A DNA stretch of 64,000 nucleotides, taken from positions 2,592,001-2,656,000 of the forward strand of contig OZ244937.1 in NCBI GenBank assembly GCA_965222075.1, in the 5' to 3' direction. This DNA comes from Candidatus Latescibacterota bacterium (GTDB lineage: Bacteria; Latescibacterota; UBA2968; GCA-2709665). This document shows, piece by piece, positions 49,580 through 58,216 of this stretch; the stretch's first letter is position 1, and every line of letters begins with the position of its first letter. A program made the position numbers and the translations under genes. Under the pieces are notes generated by a model. That model was not told the origin of the DNA. It saw nothing but the letters and a program-made list of their open reading frames with translations, and searched no databases.

Positions 49580-50443
49580 TCACGCCCGAGGCTTCCATCG
49601 AAACCGCCCGGCAGGAAGAAGGAAGGGGCGCTTGCCGTATGCGACAAACGCCCCTTTGAGCCCCTCCTGAATGTCACCCTCGATCTCCTGAATGTCAATC
49701 TCGTCACGTCTCCGCACCCGTTCCACGTAACCGTCACGCAGGTCCACCACACGGTCGGAAGCCACCAGCATCTTGTGGTCGTGGGTGTTGGTCACAACCG
49801 TAACGCCGCTCTCTTGCTGGAGCCTTTTGAGAAGCTCGATAATCTCCTGCCCCGTGTTCAGATCCAGGTTTCCGGTGGGCTCATCGGCCAAGATCAGATC
49901 GGGGTCGTTGGCCATCGCGCGGGCAATGGCTACCCGCTGTTGCTGCCCCCCGGAGAGTTCGAACGGTTTGTGGTGCAAGCGATCTTCCAGGCCGACCAAA
50001 TTGAGTTTGTAAGCGGCTTTTTCTTCATACTCCGACTTGTTCATCCCGGAGAAAACCATCGGAAGCGCCACATTGTCCAGCGCCGTCATCACCGGAATCA
50101 GATTGAAACTCTGAAAAATATAGCCGATATTGTGACAGCGGTGGTAGGCGATTTGAGACTGGCTCAATGACGCCATGTTAATCCCGTTGACCCCCACCTC
50201 GCCCTTTGTAGGCCGGTCCAGAGCGCCAATCATATTGAAGAGGGTCGTCTTCCCCGACCCGGATGGACCCATAATGGAGAGGTATTCGCCCCGGATCACA
50301 TCGAGCGTGACCCCCTTGAGGGCGTGAACTTCCACATCGCCCATCCGGTAGGTCTTCCAGACGTCTCGAACCCCGATGATATAATCCTCTTCAGCACCTT
50401 GCGGCCCGGCGGCTGCGGGTTGCTCTTCAGGCTCCTGTGCCAT
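49580..50443 (-). CDS. ABC transporter ATP-binding protein (LolD/MacB type)
   Basis: GPSGSGKTT, FQSFNLI, LSGGQQQRVAIARA, ADEPTGNLD, THD. Confidence 0.95.
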   Translation of the reverse strand: MAQEPEEQPAAAGPQGAEEDYIIGVRDVWKTYRMGDVEVHALKGVTLDVIRGEYLSIMGPSGSGKTTLFNMIGALDRPTKGEVGVNGINMASLSQSQIAYHRCHNIGYIFQSFNLIPVMTALDNVALPMVFSGMNKSEYEEKAAYKLNLVGLEDRLHHKPFELSGGQQQRVAIARAMANDPDLILADEPTGNLDLNTGQEIIELLKRLQQESGVTVVTNTHDHKMLVASDRVVDLRDGYVERVRRRDEIDIQEIEGDIQEGLKGAFVAYGKRPFLLPAGRFRWKPRA

Positions 50444-50619
50444 CTATCCGCTCCCTTGAATTGTCCTGGACTGAAATATAAAATCGACCTGCTTATGGTA
50501 GAAAAATTCGCCCAACCTGTCAAGCCTTTTATGACCTTTCATTCATAAAAACAAATGCAACCACCGATAAACACGGATTATCCACGATGCTGTTTTTTTA
50601 TCCCGGAGAGGAGCTATTG

Positions 50620-51444
50620 ATGAAACTCGCCGTATGCAACGAATTTTTTGACGGCTGGAAAATTGAACAGATCTTCGACTATGCAGCGGAAATCGGATGT
50701 GACGGCGTGGAAATCGCCCCCTTCACCCTCGCCGATTCCGTCAACCGTATCTCTGCGGCCCGGCGTAAAAACATCCGAAAAGCCGCCGATGCGGCCGGTG
50801 TCGAAATCGTGGGCCTCCACTGGCTGCTCCTCAAACCCGAAGGCCTCTACATCACCCACCCCGACGCAAAGGTCCGAACGCGCACCCAGGACTACATCAA
50901 AGCCCTCATCAACTTCTGCGGAGACATCGGCGGAAAGGTGATGATCCACGGCTCGCCTCAGCAGCGCAACATCCAGAAGGGCTGGGACCCCGAGGAATGC
51001 TGGAAATGGGCCGTTGACCTCTTTGCCGGCTGCACCGACCTGATGGCCAGGCGGGAAATCACCTACTGCATCGAACCCCTTACCGGCCAGGAGACCAACT
51101 TCATCACCTCCATGGCCGACGCCCTGAAACTGGTCGCCGCCGTGGACCACCCCAACTTTCAGACCATGGTCGACTGCAAGGCCGCCGCCTCCGAAAACAA
51201 GCCCCACGTGGACGTCATCGCCCAGGCAGGCAAGGCCCTGCGGCATGTCCACGTCAACGATCCCAACCTGCGCGGACCGGGGTTTGGAACCCTCGGCTTT
51301 GCCCCCATCCTCAAAGCCCTCAAAGACCGGGCCTACACCGGCTACGTCTCCGTCGAGGTCTTCGATTTCGAACCCGACCCGCAGACCATCGCATCTCGCA
51401 GCATCGGCTACCTGCGCGGCATCCTGGAAGGGCTGTCCGCCTGA
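50620..51444 (+). CDS. sugar phosphate isomerase/epimerase (tagatose/psicose 3-epimerase-like)
   Basis: DGVEIAPF, GLHW, IEPL..ETN, HVHVND..GPG, SVEVF. Confidence 0.85.
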   Translation: MKLAVCNEFFDGWKIEQIFDYAAEIGCDGVEIAPFTLADSVNRISAARRKNIRKAADAAGVEIVGLHWLLLKPEGLYITHPDAKVRTRTQDYIKALINFCGDIGGKVMIHGSPQQRNIQKGWDPEECWKWAVDLFAGCTDLMARREITYCIEPLTGQETNFITSMADALKLVAAVDHPNFQTMVDCKAAASENKPHVDVIAQAGKALRHVHVNDPNLRGPGFGTLGFAPILKALKDRAYTGYVSVEVFDFEPDPQTIASRSIGYLRGILEGLSA

Positions 51445-51518
51445 AAAACGGTGTGATATTTATGCCTCTTCCGATAGAGGATAGCCGTCCTCATAATCTT
51501 TATGCAACAAAGCCTGCA

Positions 51519-52022
51519 TCAGAGTAATAGGCTTATGGCTGGACCGGACACCATGATGATTATCATGGCAATGCCCAGAATCGTGCTTCTCTCACGCACT
51601 GCGAGAAACGTGTTCCAGAACGTTCCCTCTACTTTAATGCCAGCCTTTGAAAGCAGGAATAAAATATCCGATAATATGAGAATGCCAAGCATCAATTGAG
51701 TAAGATCTGTTATAAAGCGGTCCCAATAACCCCATATTGCAAAAAACTGAGCTGGATGCCATCCAGGCGGGGAACGCTGTGCAGCCGTGCTCTCGGCGAT
51801 TGGTATTGGGATCACAGAGGTTACGAATGACAGTGTCACGGATAGAACCAAATAGGCTCCCAACCACGGCAGACTGTTAAGCTTGAATTTTCGGTGTATC
51901 CAGATGCCGGAAACCAGAATCAAGCTCCACAGCGCAAGCCTGGAAATACTTGACAGACTAAAGAGTGTATATGCCATATTGTCCATAATTTTCCACCTTT
52001 CAGACCACTGCTGGAGCATCAA
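51519..52022 (-). CDS. low-GC hypothetical membrane protein
   Basis: About four hydrophobic helices; AT-rich composition. Confidence 0.5.
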   Translation of the reverse strand: MMLQQWSERWKIMDNMAYTLFSLSSISRLALWSLILVSGIWIHRKFKLNSLPWLGAYLVLSVTLSFVTSVIPIPIAESTAAQRSPPGWHPAQFFAIWGYWDRFITDLTQLMLGILILSDILFLLSKAGIKVEGTFWNTFLAVRERSTILGIAMIIIMVSGPAISLLL

Positions 52023-52420
52023 GCTCTCTCAGCTTCTATTGGATTCCTTTTGAGCTCACCCATTCCCCTTGTTTGGGGAGAAGCTTAACTGTACAACTTA
52101 AACAGCACTGGCATATCGTCTACCCGTTCACTCTCAACCTGGATATTCTGGTATCATGCCAGAAATTTACTAAATTCTCGATTTCTTCTCAAGAAATACG
52201 CGAACGGGGGTATCTTCTACATCTTCGTGCAACAAAGCCGACCTCCTTCATATTCAGAAACAACATCCACACGGAGCTTCTGTCCTTTGCAATTTGATAT
52301 TCCCCTTGACATCTCTTATTGATTCGTATAGATTCCATGCCCCAAAAAAGGGTTAGATAGAAGTTTGGATTTAAAATGAGCACATGTAAGTAATTGAAAA
52401 TTAAGCAGTTTGTAATAGGT

Positions 52421-52494
52421 GGGCGATTAGCTCAGGCGGTTAGAGTGCCTGCTTGACATGCAGGAGGTCACTGGTTCAAGTCCAGTATCGCCCA
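52421..52494 (+). tRNA. tRNA-Val (GAC)
   Basis: GGGCGAT acceptor stem, CCTGC-TTGACAT-GCAGG anticodon arm, GGTTCAAGTCC T arm. Confidence 0.95.
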
Positions 52495-52518
52495 CATCAA
52501 GTCCAGTATCGCCCACCA
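52476..52518 (+). repeat. tandem duplication of the tRNA-Val 3' end (att-like)
   Basis: TCAAGTCCAGTATCGCCCAC at 52476-52495 and again at 52497-52516. Confidence 0.9.
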
Positions 52519-52533
52519 TAAGATACCATAAAA

Positions 52534-52565
52534 TAGCGGCTTATGTGCTTCAGCATAAGCCGCTA
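52534..52565. terminator. hairpin after tRNA-Val
   Basis: TAGCGGCTTATG...CATAAGCCGCTA. Confidence 0.6.
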
Positions 52566-52709
52566 TTCGGGTTTTAAAACGTTTAAAAAACCCGCGACCG
52601 ATTCCACCGCGACCGGCGGGACTTCGTGATCCAGCCCGGCGATACAGGCAAGCCGGAGGACTATCCGGTCAACCCGGCATATCAAAGTTGAATCACCTGG
52701 GGGTAACTT

Positions 52710-53761
52710 ATGACTGACGATGCCACGTTGATGGCTTATCTGGTTCCAAGGCTCACCAGACAAGTCGAAAATGCCGCCACTGACGCACTCGGCTACATCC
52801 TTAATCAGTCCACCGGTGCCATGCAGGCGTTGAACGACCTGTTCCGGGAAGGCAGCTTCGACATTGAGCCGATCGCCAAGGTGGAAACCCAGGTGACTTA
52901 CGAAGATGGTTCCCGGCCCGACATGGCTGGCTATGACAAGAACAACGTGAAGCGCCTGCTCATTGAAGCGAAGTTTTGGGCTGCCCTCCGAGAAGATCAA
53001 GCGAGCGGGTATGCCCGCCAGTTTGACCGACCCGGCCCGGCGGCGCTGCTGTTCATTTCTCCCGAGCTGAGAATGCAGACATTGTGGGCTGAGATAGAAC
53101 GGCAGATGGCAAAGGAGAGCAGACTGGAACCCATCGACTCGGCTCCGGGAGTACGGAGAGCCAGGGTGACCTGGACAGAACTAAGCGACACGGAGCTACG
53201 GTTGATGCTGGTCAGCTGGGTCCGACTGCTCGACAGGATGGAAGCTATGGCAGGCGATGATGGTGTCAAATCAGACATTAGACAACTTCGAGGGCTGGCT
53301 CAGGTACAAGATGCGCAGGCGTTCTTGCCGATTCACTCCGAAGAACTGAGCCCCACCCTCGGACGTCGAGTTGTTTGGTACAACCAACTTGTCGACGACG
53401 TGGTCGGTGTCAGAGGAGTTCGAGATGGGTGGATGGACACCAGGGGACTGAAAGCAACGTCACAACGGTATGGGTACGGGCGGTATTTCCGCTTCTCTGG
53501 CATGTCAAACGTAGACTTCTGGTTCGGAGTCAACCATGAACGGTGGGCTAAAAAGGGAGATACTCCTTTATGGCTCCACGTCGGCGTCCCGGTATCGATG
53601 TAAACATGGATGAAATCGGTAAAGAACTGAACGTACAGTTCCAAGACCGCTGGGTCCCAATTCATCTCAAAGCAGGCGTGGAATATCCTGAAGTTCTGGA
53701 CGATGTGGTGTCGCAGTTGAGGGTGATAGCCAGGAATTGTAGGGACTCATCTGCCGAGTGA
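52710..53761 (+). pseudogene. PD-(D/E)XK nuclease-like protein, frameshifted near the C-terminus
   Basis: RPDMAG...LIEAKFWA...Q..GY; frame stops at 53603 while a protein-like continuation runs in the -1 frame to 53761. Confidence 0.6.
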
Positions 53762-53848
53762 GTAATCGCTTAAGGGAACGGATATACCTGTTCGTCCCTC
53801 GCTTCCAGATAGTCGCTCAGAGGGGTCAGCCCAGTTCTCCAGTCATGA

Positions 53849-53940
53849 GACCTCCGGCAAAGCCGGAGGCTTGCAAACCGTGAACCGCTCAAAGCGGTTA
53901 CCACCTACCGCCACCTGAAGGTGGCGCTCACTTAAATGAG
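53849..53940. mobile_element. IS200/IS605-like end remnant (hairpin array without transposase)
   Basis: CCTCCGGC-AAA-GCCGGAGG, AACCGCT-CAA-AGCGGTT and CGCCACC-TGAA-GGTGGCG hairpins. Confidence 0.5.
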
Positions 53941-53955
53941 AGCCGTGCATAATTC

Positions 53956-54062
53956 ACCTGCCTGCGCAGCGTCCTGCGCTGCAGGCAGGGATGGCTGAGG
54001 AAAGGTTTTACGCGATCCAACCTGCCTGTGCGTTGCGCGCAGCGCGCAAGCAGGCAGACAGG
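53956..54062. repeat. REP-like palindromes (copy 2 and a related copy)
   Basis: ACCTGCCTGCGCAGCGTCCTGCGCTGCAGGCAGG and CCTGCCTGTGCG...GCAGGCAGACAGG. Confidence 0.65.
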
Positions 54063-54313
54063 CGCACAGTGCGGGGTTTGACCCTCCCCGGGTCAAACCA
54101 CCACCGCGAACAATCTGCTGTCCTCTGCTGAGCGGCAGGCCACAAAGAGGGAGCGCATAATAAGACTTTCCATTTGTCGTCATTTTGTTTAAGCTTATAC
54201 GCAAGGCGTTCCCGGATGCACCGCTCATGACGCTTCCACAACCGCCGAAATCCGTTGCGCCTGCACCCACGTGTGAAAACCGACTGTCCCATAACAACCG
54301 GGAGTATAAACGT

Positions 54314-55060
54314 ATGAACCTCAGACCCAATCGCATCAAACACAAACTGGCTGAGGGCGGAACCGCCCGTATCGTCTCCGGTCTCACCCACCCCGACGAC
54401 ATCGACGCCTTTGGCCCCAACGGGTTTGACGGTGTGTGGCTGGAAGGCGAACACGGCGGTGTAGACGCCGCCGACCTGGGCAACCTCACTCGCGCCTGCG
54501 ACATCTGGGGCCTGACCTCTCTCGTGCGGGTCAATCGCAACGATCAGGCCCTCATCTACCGCACGCTCGACCGGGGCGCGCAGGGCATTGTTGTTCCCCA
54601 CGTCAACACAAAAGCAGAGGCCCAAAACGTGGTCGACGGCGGCAAATTCGCCCCCATCGGCAAGCGGGGCATGTTCACCAGTCGCCAGGGCTACGGCGTG
54701 CCCGACTATTTCAATGTCGCAAACGACGAAACCCTCCTGGTCGTCCTCATCGAAGACATCGTTGCCGTGCACAACCTGGACGAGATCCTGAGTGTGGACC
54801 ACATCGACATCTTCTTCGTTGCCCCGTCCGACCTGGCCACCTCAATGGGCCACATCGGCGACCTCCAGCACCCGGAAGTGCAGAAAACCATCGATGACGC
54901 CCTGAACCGCATCCAGGCCGCAGGCCGCACCGCCGGCACCCTGGCCGTCAACAACACCGCGGCCACCTACGCCGCCGCTGGCGTTCGCTTCCTCCTTACG
55001 CCTACCGGTCCCTGGCTGGCTGCCGGCGCGGCCGAATTCATCAGCCGCACCGGAGGGTGA
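54314..55060 (+). CDS. HpcH/HpaI aldolase family protein
   Basis: FDGVWLEGEHG, LDRGAQGIVVPHV, PIGKRG, LIED, FVAPSDL. Confidence 0.9.
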   Translation: MNLRPNRIKHKLAEGGTARIVSGLTHPDDIDAFGPNGFDGVWLEGEHGGVDAADLGNLTRACDIWGLTSLVRVNRNDQALIYRTLDRGAQGIVVPHVNTKAEAQNVVDGGKFAPIGKRGMFTSRQGYGVPDYFNVANDETLLVVLIEDIVAVHNLDEILSVDHIDIFFVAPSDLATSMGHIGDLQHPEVQKTIDDALNRIQAAGRTAGTLAVNNTAATYAAAGVRFLLTPTGPWLAAGAAEFISRTGG

Positions 55061-55076
55061 ATCAGGCTCTTTTTTT

Positions 55077-55574
55077 ATGGAGAAAAAGATGGCACGACGC
55101 ATTGAAATCACCCTTGAAAAACGCGGCGTCAGCTGCGTCGCGGAGCTGCTCGATGACCTCGCGCCCAAAACCTGCGAAGCCCTGTGGCAGGCCCTGCCCC
55201 AGGGAGACAACGCCTTCCACGCCAGGTATGCGAACCACGAAGTCTACACCCTGGTCTCCCCCTTTGCCAACCCCGAGCCCGGCCTCGAAAACCCGACCAT
55301 CCTGCCCATCCCCGGCGACGTGCTCTATTTCTTTTTTCCCCCCGGCACCATCCCCATCCCGGACGTGCGGGAGGCCGCCTACAGCACCGGCATGGTCGAT
55401 CTCGCCATCTTCTACGACCGGGACAACTTCCTCTTCTCACCCACAACAGGGCCCGTGCCCGGCAACCGCTTCGCCACCATCACCCGGAACCTGGAAGAGA
55501 TGGCGCAGGCCTGCGACAACATCTGGCGCGAAGGCTTTGTCGGCGAAAAACTCGTCTTCCGCCGGATGGAATAA
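55077..55574 (+). CDS. DUF3830 family protein (cyclophilin-like fold)
   Basis: APKTCEALWQALP, HARYANHE, ENPT..P.PGD, GNRFATI. Confidence 0.75.
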   Translation: MEKKMARRIEITLEKRGVSCVAELLDDLAPKTCEALWQALPQGDNAFHARYANHEVYTLVSPFANPEPGLENPTILPIPGDVLYFFFPPGTIPIPDVREAAYSTGMVDLAIFYDRDNFLFSPTTGPVPGNRFATITRNLEEMAQACDNIWREGFVGEKLVFRRME

Positions 55575-55591
55575 GCAAAAGGAGCGCCCGC

Positions 55592-57052
55592 ATGCCAGGC
55601 AAGCCCAATATCCTTATCATCATGTCCGACCAGCACAGCAAGCACGTGCTGGGCTGTTACGGCGACCCCGTTGTGCGTACCCCCCACCTGGACCGCCTCT
55701 CGGCGGAAGGGATTCGGTTTACGAATACCTACTGCGCCTCTCCGGTCTGCTGTCCCAGCCGGATGAGCTTCATGACCGGCCGCACGCCTGCTCGCAACCG
55801 GGTCTGGAACAACCAGCAGATCCTGAATCCGGCCATCCCTACCTGGGCGCACACCCTGGGCATCACCGGCTACGAAACCAGCCTCCTCGGCCGGATGCAC
55901 TTTGAGGGACAGGACCAGTACCACGGCTTTGAAAATCGGCCCATTGGCGAAATGTTCGCCGTTCATCCCGGCGGATTCAAAGGCGAGAAGTATCCCTCCG
56001 GGCAGAGTCGGCAGGTGATGGAGCTCTCCGGCAGGGGCACCACCACCTACCAGTGGATGGACGAAAAAATTACCGATGCAACCTGCGACTACCTCAAAAA
56101 CCGGTCGGGGAAGTCGCAGAACAGACCCTTTGCCGCCGCCGTCGGCTTCGTCCTTCCTCACTGCCCCTTCATCGCCCCCAAAGACCTGTTCGATTATTAT
56201 CACAACCGCATCGACATTCCCCAAATAGAGGCCGACCAGCCCGCGATGATCCGGTGGTACCGCAAAAGTCGGGGTATCGATACTCCCTTAGACGACCGCC
56301 GGGTGCGCATCGCTCGCGCCGCCTATTATGGCCTCTGCGAATTCACCGACGCCCTCATCGGCCGCATCCTGGCCTGCTTAGACGAAACCGGCCTGGCCGA
56401 GAACACCCTGGTCGTCTACTGCTCCGACCACGGCGAAATGGCCGGCGAACACGGCTGCTGGACCAAGAATACCTACTATGAAGGCAGCGTCGGCGTGCCC
56501 CTCATCGCCCGTCTGCCCGGCACCATTGAACCCGGGCTTACCTGCGGTGCGGTCTGCAACCTCCTGGACCTCGGGCCCACCTTCGCCGACCTGGCCGGCG
56601 CAGAGACCCTGCCCGACTGGGACGGAAGCTCCCTCTGGCCCACCCTCTGCGGAAACCACCCCGCAGACTGGCCCGACGAGACCTGCAGCGAGGTCGTGGA
56701 TGGAAGCACCCGTCCTAACATCCCCTCAAGAATGATCCGCTCCGGAAAGTGGAAGCTGTGGGCCGACCAGGAAGTGCCCGGGCAGGCGCCGAACGTAGCG
56801 CTGTTCGACCTGGAAAACGACCCGCAGGAACTTCAAGACCTGAGCCGGGACCCCCGGTGCGCAGAAATCCGTCGGCAACTCCTGGAAAAAGTCTTTCACG
56901 ACTGGGATCCGGACGCCGTCCGCCGGGCTGTAGACCAAAAACGCCAGGATTACACGCTCGTCCAGGAGTGGGTGCGGGCCGTCAAGCCGGTTCTACCCGA
57001 AACTCTGCCGCCCCCACCTCCCAAAATCGAAGACGACGTGGAAATCCTGTGA
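55592..57052 (+). CDS. sulfatase (choline-sulfatase-like)
   Basis: PNILIIMSDQH, CCPSR formylglycine motif, GRMH, PH, SDHG. Confidence 0.92.
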   Translation: MPGKPNILIIMSDQHSKHVLGCYGDPVVRTPHLDRLSAEGIRFTNTYCASPVCCPSRMSFMTGRTPARNRVWNNQQILNPAIPTWAHTLGITGYETSLLGRMHFEGQDQYHGFENRPIGEMFAVHPGGFKGEKYPSGQSRQVMELSGRGTTTYQWMDEKITDATCDYLKNRSGKSQNRPFAAAVGFVLPHCPFIAPKDLFDYYHNRIDIPQIEADQPAMIRWYRKSRGIDTPLDDRRVRIARAAYYGLCEFTDALIGRILACLDETGLAENTLVVYCSDHGEMAGEHGCWTKNTYYEGSVGVPLIARLPGTIEPGLTCGAVCNLLDLGPTFADLAGAETLPDWDGSSLWPTLCGNHPADWPDETCSEVVDGSTRPNIPSRMIRSGKWKLWADQEVPGQAPNVALFDLENDPQELQDLSRDPRCAEIRRQLLEKVFHDWDPDAVRRAVDQKRQDYTLVQEWVRAVKPVLPETLPPPPPKIEDDVEIL

Positions 57053-57248
57053 CCGGACACCGCGCCCGGCTCTGAATCCGAACAAGGCGCTTCCGTCCAG
57101 GACCCGCCATAACACCCCTGGGTGCCCCTTTAGAAATTATTGACAAAAAGGCTCTTTTTTGTTAGTTTGGAACAACTTACGGAAATTTGCCTTCAGGTCC
57201 GAGCGCGCTGTCTGGGTGCGCTCTCTTAACAACCGATCCGGACAGACG

Positions 57249-58214
57249 ATGCTCAACCAGATTATCCAACCCATTCTTCCCCAGATCCAACGCTTTGAAG
57301 AGCGTCTGAAACAGGTCCTCACCTCGGATGTGGGGCTGGTCCAGGCCATGGCCGACCACCTGGTGGAAAACCGGGGAAACCGCATTCGCCCCACCCTGTC
57401 CTTCCTCACGGCCCAGGCCATCGGGGAATGCTCCGGCCGGGTCATCGACGCCGCCATCGGCATCGAAATCATCCACAACGCAACGCTCATCCACGACGAC
57501 GTCATCGACTTCGCGGACAAGCGCCGGGGTGTGGAGGTGCTCAACCTCCTCTGGGGCAACCAGGCGGCGGTCCTGATGGGGGATTTCCTCCTGGCCAGGG
57601 CCCTCCAGATCCTGGTCGGCCTCCATTCCATGGAAGTCATGGAGGCCGCCACCCGAGCCGTCAGCCGCATGATCGAAGGTGAAATTCTCGAAATTCAGAG
57701 CGGCAGCGACGCGGAAACCGCCCTCTACTTCAGCATGATCGACAAAAAAACGGCCTCCCTGATGGCCCTCTCCTGCGAGGTCGGCGCCATCCTGGGAGGC
57801 GGCACGTCTGAACAGATCACGCAGATGTCCACCTTTGGCAAAGAGGTCGGCATCGCCTTTCAAATTACCGATGACCTGCTCGACTTCGTTGGAGACGAGG
57901 AAGTGCTCGGCAAACCGGTTGGAACCGACGTGCGGGAAAAGAAGCTGACCCTCCCCCTCCTCCGGGCGCTGGCCAACTGCCAGAACGGCGGGGGCGCTAA
58001 GATCCAGGCCAAAGTGAAAAATGGCGTAGAAACCGATGAAGACGTACAGGAAATCTTCCGTTTTGTCCATCGTTACCGGGGCATCGAAGAGGCCAGAGAA
58101 GAGGCGAGGACATACGCCAACTCAGGGCTGAAAAGCCTTGCGCCTCTGCGATTTTCAGATGCCCGGGAAGCCCTCGAACTCACGGCCCGTTATGTCGTAG
58201 ACCGCGAGCGATAG
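57249..58214 (+). CDS. long-chain polyprenyl diphosphate synthase (IspB/HepT-like)
   Basis: LIHDDVID..RRG, GDFLL, KTA, FQITDDLLD, GKPVG. Confidence 0.92.
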   Translation: MLNQIIQPILPQIQRFEERLKQVLTSDVGLVQAMADHLVENRGNRIRPTLSFLTAQAIGECSGRVIDAAIGIEIIHNATLIHDDVIDFADKRRGVEVLNLLWGNQAAVLMGDFLLARALQILVGLHSMEVMEAATRAVSRMIEGEILEIQSGSDAETALYFSMIDKKTASLMALSCEVGAILGGGTSEQITQMSTFGKEVGIAFQITDDLLDFVGDEEVLGKPVGTDVREKKLTLPLLRALANCQNGGGAKIQAKVKNGVETDEDVQEIFRFVHRYRGIEEAREEARTYANSGLKSLAPLRFSDAREALELTARYVVDRER

Positions 58215-58216
58215 AA

